Shown here in pieces: positions 7,963 through 15,733 of a DNA stretch of 64,000 nt (position 1 is the first letter of the stretch; the number at the start of each line of letters is the position of its first letter). Under the pieces are notes generated by a model. That model was not told the origin of the DNA. It made no database searches and was given only the letters and a program-made list of their open reading frames with translations. This stretch comes from an uncultured Mesorhizobium sp. GTDB taxonomy: Bacteria; Pseudomonadota; Alphaproteobacteria; Rhizobiales; Rhizobiaceae. Location: assembly GCA_965649745.1 (NCBI GenBank), contig CBFGLW010000002.1:31580-95579 (forward strand), read 5' to 3'. Both the position numbers and the translations under genes were made by a program.

Positions 7963-8615
7963 GTCGACGCGACCATCCGTTCCAATTCCTCACGGGAGTA
8001 AAGCTTAATACCTTCGTCCGTGTAGAGCCTGACCGTGCGCCGATCATCGGACGGGTCGCCAAACTGCACAATGGTCAACCGAACGTCGGCAAAGTCCTCG
8101 TCAGCGGCTCGGATGCGCTCGTGCATCATCGAGAATGCGAACCTGCGGCCCTCGGCGGTCAAGCCTCTGGTGCGGCGCGGCTCGATGAACAGGGCGCTCG
8201 CCTGCTCATCGATGGCGAGAATCATTGGCAGCCAGAAGCTGACTTTCTTCCCCATGCCCATCGACAGCGGTAGGAACTCATGCCGCCGCCCGAAGACCCG
8301 GCCAGAAGTCGCGAAATCGTGCAAGCCAAGAGCTACGCGCCGGTTGTAGGTAAACTCCTCGTCCGACTTGCTGCGCTTCCCCAACTCGGCCTCGATCACG
8401 GCCCAGGGCGTCGGATCGGCTACGCCCAAATCCAAATCGGGCTGGATGTTGAAGATGTCGGAAAAGCAGGAGCGCACGGGCTTGTAGGAGAAGGTCGAGA
8501 AACCGCCCTTCATCTGTTCAAGGCTCTTACGCTTCATATCGTCACGCTGAGGCGCGATGCGCGCAAGATCAATGTCAGGCAAAAGGCGTGTCGTCACTGG
8601 GCGGTTCTTCTGCAC
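7872..8615 (-). CDS. Unassigned 247-aa protein, candidate toxin partner (PanT-like) of the upstream Panacea-domain gene
   Basis: Same strand as 8575-9129 and immediately downstream. It overlaps that gene by 41 nt if GTG 8615 is the start, or leaves a 37-nt gap if ATG 8537 is the start. I recognise no family motif. The C-terminus is highly charged and ends GTGPLFDFD. Confidence 0.6.
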   Translation of the reverse strand: MQKNRPVTTRLLPDIDLARIAPQRDDMKRKSLEQMKGGFSTFSYKPVRSCFSDIFNIQPDLDLGVADPTPWAVIEAELGKRSKSDEEFTYNRRVALGLHDFATSGRVFGRRHEFLPLSMGMGKKVSFWLPMILAIDEQASALFIEPRRTRGLTAEGRRFAFSMMHERIRAADEDFADVRLTIVQFGDPSDDRRTVRLYTDEGIKLYSREELERMVASTYEMWREVLEDRERKSRGRATGTGPLFDFD

Positions 8616-9129
8616 GAGGATTAATGCCGACCGACACTTTGTGGTGCCGGAATCGCTCTAAAATCACATCCTCGGGTATCCGCATCCCGAAAGCAATATC
8701 TGTTCGCGCTTTGTCCACGACTACGGACCACGGCGAGTCCTTCGCGTGCGAGAGATCGACAAGCCGCCCGGGCGGAAGGTGCCCGTATGATCTCATAACG
8801 TCAGACACGAGGTCGATGACCTGGAGGTCTGCCGGTTTGGGGAGGTCGCGCGTCCGACCGGTAAGGGGGTCTTTCGCCACCGCCCGATTGATGATCGGTG
8901 CAGACCCGGAAGGCTTGAACGCACGGTAGACGGCTGGATGCACGGGACCATATTGCCAAGCCTCGAAGTAGCCCGACACGAGCGGTCGTTTCGTTTTGGT
9001 TAGGTGTATGCCGTGAGCGAAGTAGAGCAGCTTTTGAAGGGCAAGGTTCGTGATCTTCCAGCCGCGCCGGTCAGCCTCGTCCAGCATGAGGTTGGCGACG
9101 GCTCTCGGATCATATGGCCCACCGGTCAT
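8575..9129 (-). CDS. Panacea-domain (DUF4065, SocA/GepA-like) antitoxin-type protein
   Basis: YDPRAVANLMLDEA...ITNLALQKLLYFAHGIHL...YFEAWQYGPVHPAVY matches the DUF4065 hallmark (KLLYy.qG ... AW.yGPV...vY). Confidence 0.75.
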   Translation of the reverse strand: MTGGPYDPRAVANLMLDEADRRGWKITNLALQKLLYFAHGIHLTKTKRPLVSGYFEAWQYGPVHPAVYRAFKPSGSAPIINRAVAKDPLTGRTRDLPKPADLQVIDLVSDVMRSYGHLPPGRLVDLSHAKDSPWSVVVDKARTDIAFGMRIPEDVILERFRHHKVSVGINPRAEEPPSDDTPFA

Positions 9130-9160
9130 CTGCGCACTTTGACTTCCTCAGGCTGGGAAG

Positions 9161-9236
9161 TGGTGCCGCTTGCGTGACTCGAACACGCGACCCCATCATT
9201 ACGAATGATGTGCTCTACCGACTGAGCTAAAGCGGC
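9161..9236 (-). tRNA. tRNA-Thr (anticodon CGU), CCA encoded
   Basis: The reverse complement folds as a cloverleaf: acceptor GCCGCTT/AAGCGGC, D stem GCTC/GAGC, anticodon stem CATCA/TGATG with loop TTCGTAA, T stem GCGTG/CACGC, then A-CCA. Confidence 0.9.
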
Positions 9237-9333
9237 TTAACCCTTCACACACGGCCATACTATGGCCCTACTAACTTACACTCACCAGCCCCAACTCACT
9301 GGCTTTACACCTCATTCTCTAGCGGACCCGCTA

Positions 9334-9372
9334 ATTACGAATGATGTGCTCTACCAACTGAGCTAAAGCGGC
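9334..9372 (-). pseudogene. Truncated copy of the tRNA-Thr 5' half (positions 1-39, ends just after the anticodon loop)
   Basis: 38/39 identity to 9198-9236, with one D-loop difference (G9220 versus A9356). There is no 3' half. Confidence 0.85.
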
Positions 9373-9513
9373 CCGGAGGCTGTCGCCGTCCAAGATGCGG
9401 CGGTGATAGACGCAACCCCGCGCAAATTCAAGATGCGTTGTTGCCTTTCCTTATCCCGGCGAAAGCAAGCGGACCGTTTGCCTCATAAGGTGCCGTGGCT
9501 GGTGCCTTCATGT

Positions 9514-10467
9514 TCAGGCGGCAAGCCTGGCCCTTGCCTGCGCATATTCGCTTGCCAGCCTGTCGACCAGTTCGCGAACGGGCACGACGGCGTCGACCAC
9601 GCCGATGCCCTGACCGCAGCCCCATATATGCTTCCAGGCCTTCGCCGCGCCCTCGTCGAAGTTCATTTTGTTCGGGTCAGCCGTCGGCAGATTGTCCGGG
9701 TCCATGCCCTGCGCGCGTATCGAGCCTTTTAGGTAGTTGCCGGAAATGCCGGTGAACAGGTTCGAATAGACGATGTCGGATGCGTTGGAGTCGACGATCA
9801 TCTGCTTGTAGGCCTCGACGGCGCGCGCTTCCTGCGTGGCAATGAAGGGCGAGCCGATATAGGCCATGTCCGCCCCCATCGCCTGCGCGGCGAGGATAGC
9901 CCCGCCATTGGCGATGGCGCCCGACAGCAGCAGCGGCCCATCGAACCAGCGGCGGATTTCCTGGACCAGCGCGAAGGGCGACAACGTGCCGGCATGTCCG
10001 CCCGCGCCCGCTGCGACCGCGATCAGCCCGTCGGCGCCTTTCTCGATCGCCTTGCGGGCGTGGCGGTCGTGGATGATGTCGTGAAGCACGATGCCGCCGT
10101 AGGAATGCACGGCCTGGTTGACTTCCTCGACGGCGCCCAGCGAGGAAATGACGATCGGCACCTTGTATTTGATGCAAAGACCGAGGTCGTGCTGCAGCCG
10201 GGTGTTGGATTTGTGAACGATCTGGTTCACAGCAAAGGGCGCGGCGGCACGTCCGGGGTTGGCGGTATCGTGCGCAGCCAGTGCTTCCGTAATCTCGGCC
10301 AGCCATTCGTCGAGCTGCGCTTCCGGCCGCGCATTCAGCGCCGGAAAGGAGCCGACGACACCGGCCTTGCATTGCGCAAGCACCAGCGCCGGATGCGAAA
10401 TGATGAACAGCGGCGCGCCGACGACCGGGATGCGCAGATTGTTCCGCAGGGTGTCCGGCAATGCCAC
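9514..10467 (-). CDS. Nitronate monooxygenase (NMO / 2-nitropropane dioxygenase family)
   Basis: LRIPVVGAPLFIISHPALVLAQCKAGVVGSFPALNAR...VISSLG...AAGAGGHAG. The start is set at GTG 10467, 6 nt after SD GGAGG. The longer track ORF has no support. Confidence 0.8.
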   Translation of the reverse strand: MALPDTLRNNLRIPVVGAPLFIISHPALVLAQCKAGVVGSFPALNARPEAQLDEWLAEITEALAAHDTANPGRAAAPFAVNQIVHKSNTRLQHDLGLCIKYKVPIVISSLGAVEEVNQAVHSYGGIVLHDIIHDRHARKAIEKGADGLIAVAAGAGGHAGTLSPFALVQEIRRWFDGPLLLSGAIANGGAILAAQAMGADMAYIGSPFIATQEARAVEAYKQMIVDSNASDIVYSNLFTGISGNYLKGSIRAQGMDPDNLPTADPNKMNFDEGAAKAWKHIWGCGQGIGVVDAVVPVRELVDRLASEYAQARARLAA

Positions 10468-10481
10468 GGCGAGCCTCCATT

Positions 10482-10503
10482 CTGACGTTTCCGTAAACGT
10501 AAG
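10482..10503. promoter_or_regulatory. Candidate MerR/LiuR-like operator upstream of the NMO gene
   Basis: ctGACGTTT-CCGT-AAACGTaag. It is the same palindrome family as the sites at 25171-25190 and 25996-26017. Confidence 0.4.
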
Positions 10504-10818
10504 ATGCAATACAGGACGCTCGCCGCCGCTGCAAATACGATTTGGGGAAGATTGGAATTGTCCTTTTGTGGAGGGAGCGACGCGGCGAGGTGTTAGAAGG
10601 CGACTGCGAAAAGCTTGGCCGTATGCTTTTTGAAGTGACGGTTCTGCAAATCCCGTGCTGCGGTCAGGACAACTGGCGCGGGGCCGCATGACGCGAATAT
10701 GTCGGCCGTTGCAGAGATTTGTCGTGCCAGCATGGCGCCTTATCCATTGTCGCCCGTTGATTGATCCGCCTGCTGGGGCTAACCATCATGAATATGTGAT
10801 CGGCGAAGGGAACCGTTC

Positions 10819-11925
10819 TTGGACGCCATCGAAAAAGCGATACGCAACGCCTTCGAGAAGGGCAATGCTGACGACCGGGCGTTTCGCGAGAAAGTCTATC
10901 GGTCTGCCTTCGCTGCGCTCGACAGGGCGCTTCAGGCCAATCCCGGCATAACCGTGGAAAACGCCATCAAGCGCCGCAAGGCGATGCAGGCCAAGATCGC
11001 CGAGATCGAATCGGAATTCCTGCCTGCCGTGGCTCCCATGGTCGGCGAGGTCAACGCCGAACCCGGTATCGCGGCCCCACCTGTGGACGCGCCAGTCTCG
11101 TCGGCGGATGCCGCGCCTTCTGTCGAAAGCAGGCGCGAACCTTCGTTGGCCGGCAGTGTTTCCGATTCGCGCGTGCTGCCGGCGGTGCCGGACATCGTTC
11201 CTGACCGGCCGTTGCCCGGCTCGTCGACGCCTGCGGTCGCCAGTGGGAACGATACCGTCTCGCCGGACCGTGATCCTCGCCGCGCACGGCGTCGTTTCCC
11301 GGCCGGCCTGCTTGCAGGCATTGCCGTGCTCGTTCTTATTGGCGCAGGCTTGTGGTGGGCGGTTCAATCCGGTGTCTTGAAGATGCCGGAAAGTTCCGGT
11401 CGGTCATCCTCGCCGCAGGCCACGGCGCAGGGAGATGACAACGCCGCCGAGGGTGCACCTCAAAGGACGGGCGAGGCCGACGATACCCGCGACTGGATCG
11501 ACGTCTTCACGCCGAGCGACCCGACGCTGGTCTCGGCGCCATCCGATGCGAAGGCCGATGTCATGGAGGACGATTCCGGCTCGTTCCTGCGAATCCGGTC
11601 CGGCAGTTCGGGGTCGGCGGTGAGCTTCGATGTCGGGCAGGGCATACTGGAGCAGATCGCCGGTAAACATGCCGTTTTCGATATCGTTGCCCGCGCCGAG
11701 GAAGGCAAGGACACGCAGATTTCCATCGACTGCAATTTCGGCGAGCTGGGGGATTGCGGCCGCAAGCGTTATGCGGTCGGTCATGAAAAGAACGAGTATC
11801 TTTTCGATGTCCGGTTGCCTGACGTCCGGCCCGGCGCTGCCGGAACCATCGCCATCAGCTCCGATTTCGACAAGCAGGGCAAGTCGGTGGATATCTACCA
11901 GATCCGCGTTTCGGTGGTCGAATAG
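10819..11925 (+). CDS. Hypothetical membrane-anchored protein (helical N-terminus, Pro/Ser-rich linker, one TM, C-terminal globular domain)
   Basis: TTG start with SD GAAGGG 8 nt upstream. TM segment FPAGLLAGIAVLVLIGAGLWWAV. Coding-like composition, unlike the overlapping minus-strand ORFs. Confidence 0.6.
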   Translation: MDAIEKAIRNAFEKGNADDRAFREKVYRSAFAALDRALQANPGITVENAIKRRKAMQAKIAEIESEFLPAVAPMVGEVNAEPGIAAPPVDAPVSSADAAPSVESRREPSLAGSVSDSRVLPAVPDIVPDRPLPGSSTPAVASGNDTVSPDRDPRRARRRFPAGLLAGIAVLVLIGAGLWWAVQSGVLKMPESSGRSSSPQATAQGDDNAAEGAPQRTGEADDTRDWIDVFTPSDPTLVSAPSDAKADVMEDDSGSFLRIRSGSSGSAVSFDVGQGILEQIAGKHAVFDIVARAEEGKDTQISIDCNFGELGDCGRKRYAVGHEKNEYLFDVRLPDVRPGAAGTIAISSDFDKQGKSVDIYQIRVSVVE

Positions 11926-11927
11926 AG

Positions 11928-13523
11928 CTAGTCCAGCAGGTCCTGCAGCGTCTCGATACGGTCGGCTTCCGCCGCCGGCTTGTCCCAGCGCAATCGCGAG
12001 ATGCGGGGAAAGCGCATGGCGACGCCGGACTTGTGGCGTGTCGAGCGGTTCAGCCCCTCGAAGGCGATTTCCAGCACCAGCCCGGTCTTCCGGTCGGCGC
12101 GCACCGAACGCACCGGCCCGAAGCGCTCGATCGTGTTGTCGCGCACATATTTGTCGATCTGTTTCAGTTCTTCGTCGGTGAAGCCGAAATAGGCCTTGCC
12201 GACCGGCACCAGTTCCTCGCTGCCTTCCGGGCCTGACCAGACGCCGAACGTATAGTCGGAATAGAAGCTTGAGCGCTTGCCGTGGCCGCGCTGCGCATAC
12301 ATCAGCACCGCATCGACCGTATGCGGATCGCGCTTCCATTTGAACCACGGACCTTTGGGCCGCCCGGCCACATAGGGCGAATCCCAGCGCTTCAGCATCA
12401 CGCCTTCGATGATCGGATGCGGCGGCGCCGAGCGCGCCGTTTCCAGTTCCGGCCAGGCCGTGAAGGCGACAAGCGGCGAGAGGTCGAAGCGTGTGGGCTC
12501 AAGTGTTTCGACAAAAGCTTCGAGACGCGCGCGCCGCTCACGGAACGGCAGTCCGCGGAAATCCTCGCCATCGTGCTGCAACAGGTCGTAGCAGCGCACG
12601 AAGGCCGGATAGCGTTCGCGCATCTTCGGCGAAACGCTCTTGCGGTTCAGGCGCTGCTGCAGGTCGGAAAAAGTGCCGGTCGCCGAAGGCGATCCGACCA
12701 GCAGTTCGCCGTCCAGCGTCGCATCGAAATCGACGGCGTCGGCGAGATCGGGAAATGCGCCGGCGACATTGTCGCCCGTGCGGGAGTAGAGGCGGGTAAT
12801 GCCGCCTTCAGAAACGACCTGAACGCGGATGCCGTCCCACTTCCACTCGGCGGCATAGTCGGCAGGGTCGAGCTTGGCGAGATCGCTGTCCTCGACCGGG
12901 TGCGCCAGCATGACCGGCCGGAACAGGGCCTTGGCCGCCTTCTCGGGCTTCGGCGCCTTGCCTTCCAGCCAGGCAAAGAGTTCGGTGTAGGGGGGCTCGA
13001 GCCCGTGCCAGAGTTCCTCGATGTCGGCGACGTCGACCTTGCCGAAATCGGCCAGAGCCTGCTTTGCCAGACGCGCCGACACGCCGATCCGCAAACCGCC
13101 GGTCACCAGCTTGATGATGGCGAAGCGCGCGGCGATGCCGGCGCTGTCGAGAAGACGCGCCAGCACCTTCGGTCCGTCGGACCGGCTGGCGGACTGGAGT
13201 TTCTCGACGACTTCGGCAAGGGTCGGTTCGCGGTTCGGGATGCTGTCGCTAGCCGTTGGCCACACGAGCGACACCGTCTCGGCGAGATCGCCGACATAGT
13301 CGTAGGAGTAGCCGAACAGGACCGGGTCCATGCGCTCGGCCACCAGCGCCCGCAGCATGGCGGGCTTGACCGCCGCGATGTTGAGGTCTCCGGTAATGGC
13401 CGCCAGTCCCAGTCCACGGTCGGGGTCTTCGACCGTGCGGAAATAATCGCTGAGCAGCTTCAGCTTGCCATTGCGCGACGGCGTCAGCACCAGGCGGTCG
13501 AGGAGTTCGGCGAAGCGGTTCAC
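11928..13523 (-). CDS. ATP-dependent DNA ligase (ligase-associated DNA damage response cluster)
   Basis: AEWKWDGIRVQ (adenylation Lys motif), plus the LYSRTGDN and EGVMLKR motifs. GTG 13523 starts 2 nt after the upstream gene's stop. Confidence 0.85.
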   Translation of the reverse strand: MNRFAELLDRLVLTPSRNGKLKLLSDYFRTVEDPDRGLGLAAITGDLNIAAVKPAMLRALVAERMDPVLFGYSYDYVGDLAETVSLVWPTASDSIPNREPTLAEVVEKLQSASRSDGPKVLARLLDSAGIAARFAIIKLVTGGLRIGVSARLAKQALADFGKVDVADIEELWHGLEPPYTELFAWLEGKAPKPEKAAKALFRPVMLAHPVEDSDLAKLDPADYAAEWKWDGIRVQVVSEGGITRLYSRTGDNVAGAFPDLADAVDFDATLDGELLVGSPSATGTFSDLQQRLNRKSVSPKMRERYPAFVRCYDLLQHDGEDFRGLPFRERRARLEAFVETLEPTRFDLSPLVAFTAWPELETARSAPPHPIIEGVMLKRWDSPYVAGRPKGPWFKWKRDPHTVDAVLMYAQRGHGKRSSFYSDYTFGVWSGPEGSEELVPVGKAYFGFTDEELKQIDKYVRDNTIERFGPVRSVRADRKTGLVLEIAFEGLNRSTRHKSGVAMRFPRISRLRWDKPAAEADRIETLQDLLD

Positions 13524-13525
13524 GC

Positions 13526-14536
13526 TCAATCCCCTTCGTCTTCGTAGCCGACGAGATGCAGCGGCTTGGCGGCGATGCCTTCCAGTTCGCACCAGCGCAC
13601 CAGCGCTTCTTCGCGGCCATGCGTCACCCACACTTCGCTTGCGCCGGTCTCTTGGATGGTCGCCGTCAGTTCGTCCCAGTCGGAATGGTCGGAGATGATG
13701 AGTGGCAGTTCGATGCCGCGTTGCCTGGCCCGCTGGCGGATGCGCATCCAGCCGGACGCGAAGCAGGAAACGGGATCGGGAAAGCGGCGCGCCCAGCGGT
13801 CCGAAAAGGCCGACGGGGGGCCGATGACGATGGCGCCGGCGAATTCGCCCTTGCCGCCGGTCTCCACAGTCGCGGGTTCGAGCGCGCCGAGATCGATGCC
13901 CTGACCCTGGTAATATTCGCTGAGTTTAGCCAGCGCGCCGTGAATGTAGATCGGCTTGTCGTAGCCTGCATCGCGAATGAGGCGCATGACGCGCTGCGCC
14001 TTGCCCAGCGCATAGGCGCCGACCAGATGGGTCCGCTCCGGAAACTGCTCGGTTGATTTCAGCAGCCGCGCGATCTCGTCATCATCCGGCGGATGGCGGA
14101 ACACCGGCAGACCGAACGTCGCCTCGGTGATGAACACGTCGCAGGGCACGACCTCGAAAGGCTGGCAGGTGGCGTCGGGCGCGCGCTTGTAGTCGCCGGA
14201 CACGACGATGCGGATGCCTTCATGCTCGACGGCGATCTGCGCCGAGCCCAGAACATGCCCGGCTGGATGGAACGTCACGGCGACCCCGTTCACGGAGATA
14301 GTCTCACCCAGCGTTGCCGGCTGCGTCGTTCCGGCGAAATCGTCGCCGTAGCGAAGCGCCATGATGTCCAGGGTCTGCCGCGTCGCCAGCACCGACTGGT
14401 GTCCGGATCGCGCATGGTCGGAATGGCCATGGGTTATCAGCGCGCGCTTCACCGGGCGTACCGGATCGATGAAGAAATCGCCGGGTGCACAATAGAGACC
14501 TTGGGGGCGGGGGCAGAGCAGATCCTTGGCGCGCAT
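13526..14536 (-). CDS. Ligase-associated DNA damage response exonuclease (metallo-beta-lactamase fold)
   Basis: ITHGHSDHA (HxHxDH). Contiguous with the ligase gene. The start is ambiguous (ATG 14536 or 14575). Confidence 0.8.
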   Translation of the reverse strand: MRAKDLLCPRPQGLYCAPGDFFIDPVRPVKRALITHGHSDHARSGHQSVLATRQTLDIMALRYGDDFAGTTQPATLGETISVNGVAVTFHPAGHVLGSAQIAVEHEGIRIVVSGDYKRAPDATCQPFEVVPCDVFITEATFGLPVFRHPPDDDEIARLLKSTEQFPERTHLVGAYALGKAQRVMRLIRDAGYDKPIYIHGALAKLSEYYQGQGIDLGALEPATVETGGKGEFAGAIVIGPPSAFSDRWARRFPDPVSCFASGWMRIRQRARQRGIELPLIISDHSDWDELTATIQETGASEVWVTHGREEALVRWCELEGIAAKPLHLVGYEDEGD

Positions 14537-14666
14537 GCGAGAAAGATAGGGGTTTATTCTCCATCGGGAAGCCATGCGTTCGAGACCTGCTGACTCCATC
14601 TTGCAAATCGGCCCGCGCCGGATCATAGGAGCGCGCGGCGATCTCCGCCGCCGGAAAACCAAAAAC

Positions 14667-15572
14667 ATGAAACCGCTTCAGGCTTCGTCGGGTGACGTGC
14701 TTGCCGACCGGCGCGCCGATTACGCCGAGATGCTCTATGCATCCGGCGATCATGCCGCCGCGGCCGAACTTATGCTGGGCGCACTCGAGCTTGCGCCGGA
14801 TTGGGCGATGGGCTGGTTTCGCTTGGGTGAGATGGAGGAAGCCGCTGGCACGCTCGATTCCGCTGCGCAGGCGTGGCGCATGGCGCTGAAGCTGGAGCCG
14901 GAGGACCGGCCCGGGGCGGCGCTCAAGCTGGCGCTGATCGGCAAGGCGCCGCAGGCCGATGCGCCGCCCAGCGCCTTCGTCGAGGCGCTGTTCGACCAGT
15001 ATGCCGACAGTTTCGACACATCGCTGGTGGAGAAGCTGGACTACTGTGTGCCGGAGTTGCTGGTGCAGGCCATCCAGGCCCAAGGAGGGCAGCGGTATGG
15101 ATTGGCGCTCGATCTCGGCTGCGGCACCGGCCTGATGGGCGAGCGGCTGCGGCCTTTCGTGGACCGTCTCGAAGGCTTTGACATCTCCGCCGAAATGTTG
15201 CGCATGGCGAAAAGCAAGGACATCTATGACCGGCTTGAGAAAGCCGACCTGCAGGACTTCGACTATGCCGGGCCAAAAGCCGGTCTCGTCACCGCCGCCG
15301 ATGTTTTCATGTATGTCGGCGCGCTGGACGGCGTGGTGAAGACAATTGCCGCGCTGCTCGCGCCGGGCGGACTTTTCGCCTTTTCGGTCGAGAAGCTGGC
15401 GGATGGCCGGGATTTCGCGCTCCAGCCCTCGCGCCGCTACGCGCATTCCCGGGTCTATGTCGAGGCCATGCTGGCGGCGAATGGGCTGTCCGTCCTGTCG
15501 CTGGAGGAGAAGACAATCCGGCAGGACCGCAACGAGCCGGTGTTGGGACTGATCGTGGTGGCGAGGCGCTGA
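14667..15572 (+). CDS. Class I SAM-dependent methyltransferase with TPR-like N-terminal region
   Basis: LDLGCGTGLMG (motif I) and VTAADVFMYVG. Start at ATG 14667 (MKPLQAS...). Confidence 0.75.
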   Translation: MKPLQASSGDVLADRRADYAEMLYASGDHAAAAELMLGALELAPDWAMGWFRLGEMEEAAGTLDSAAQAWRMALKLEPEDRPGAALKLALIGKAPQADAPPSAFVEALFDQYADSFDTSLVEKLDYCVPELLVQAIQAQGGQRYGLALDLGCGTGLMGERLRPFVDRLEGFDISAEMLRMAKSKDIYDRLEKADLQDFDYAGPKAGLVTAADVFMYVGALDGVVKTIAALLAPGGLFAFSVEKLADGRDFALQPSRRYAHSRVYVEAMLAANGLSVLSLEEKTIRQDRNEPVLGLIVVARR

Positions 15573-15637
15573 CTCTGCCCCCTGTGGAGAGAGGCGCAAT
15601 AAGCGTCTGTCTCACAGTTTCCGCTTCGCTCCGACTG

Positions 15638-15687
15638 CTCTTCTATCCCCTCTACAAGAGGAGATAGAAGAGTGATCCCCTTTTGTT
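15638..15687 (+). terminator. Rho-independent terminator after the methyltransferase gene
   Basis: 16-bp stem CTCTTCTATCCCCTCT / AGAGGAGATAGAAGAG (1 mismatch), 3-nt loop, then TGATCCCCTTTTGTT. Confidence 0.65.
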
Positions 15688-15733
15688 CCAGATTTTCCTT
15701 GGTCTTTGATCGTAGCCGCGCTACGTCAGTCGC

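Larger units (their letters stand above)
2234..9160. mobile_element. Candidate integrative element (P4-like int, AlpA-like HTH, primase, XRE, TA module) next to tRNA-Thr; left boundary uncertain
   Basis: Module order is typical of small tRNA-associated islands/satellites. AT-richer intergenic stretches at 2270-2320, 3990-4060 and 7480-7560. The only boundary repeat found is a 9-bp one, TCAGGCTGG at 2234-2242 and 9148-9156. Confidence 0.45.

Noticed and set aside
9403-9755. ORFs 9403-9732, 9428-9625 and 9495-9755 next to the tRNA remnant
   Set aside because: They overlap the 3' end of the well-supported NMO gene in other frames or on the other strand, and their composition is Arg/Pro-rich.
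12282-13547. 421-aa plus-strand ORF antisense to the DNA ligase gene
   Set aside because: The ligase frame has the KxDG adenylation motif. The antisense product is repetitive and Arg/Gly/Ala-rich.
14304-15599. 431-aa minus-strand ORF over the methyltransferase gene and the exonuclease 5' end
   Set aside because: It overlaps two well-supported genes on different strands, has no motifs, and has shadow-ORF composition.
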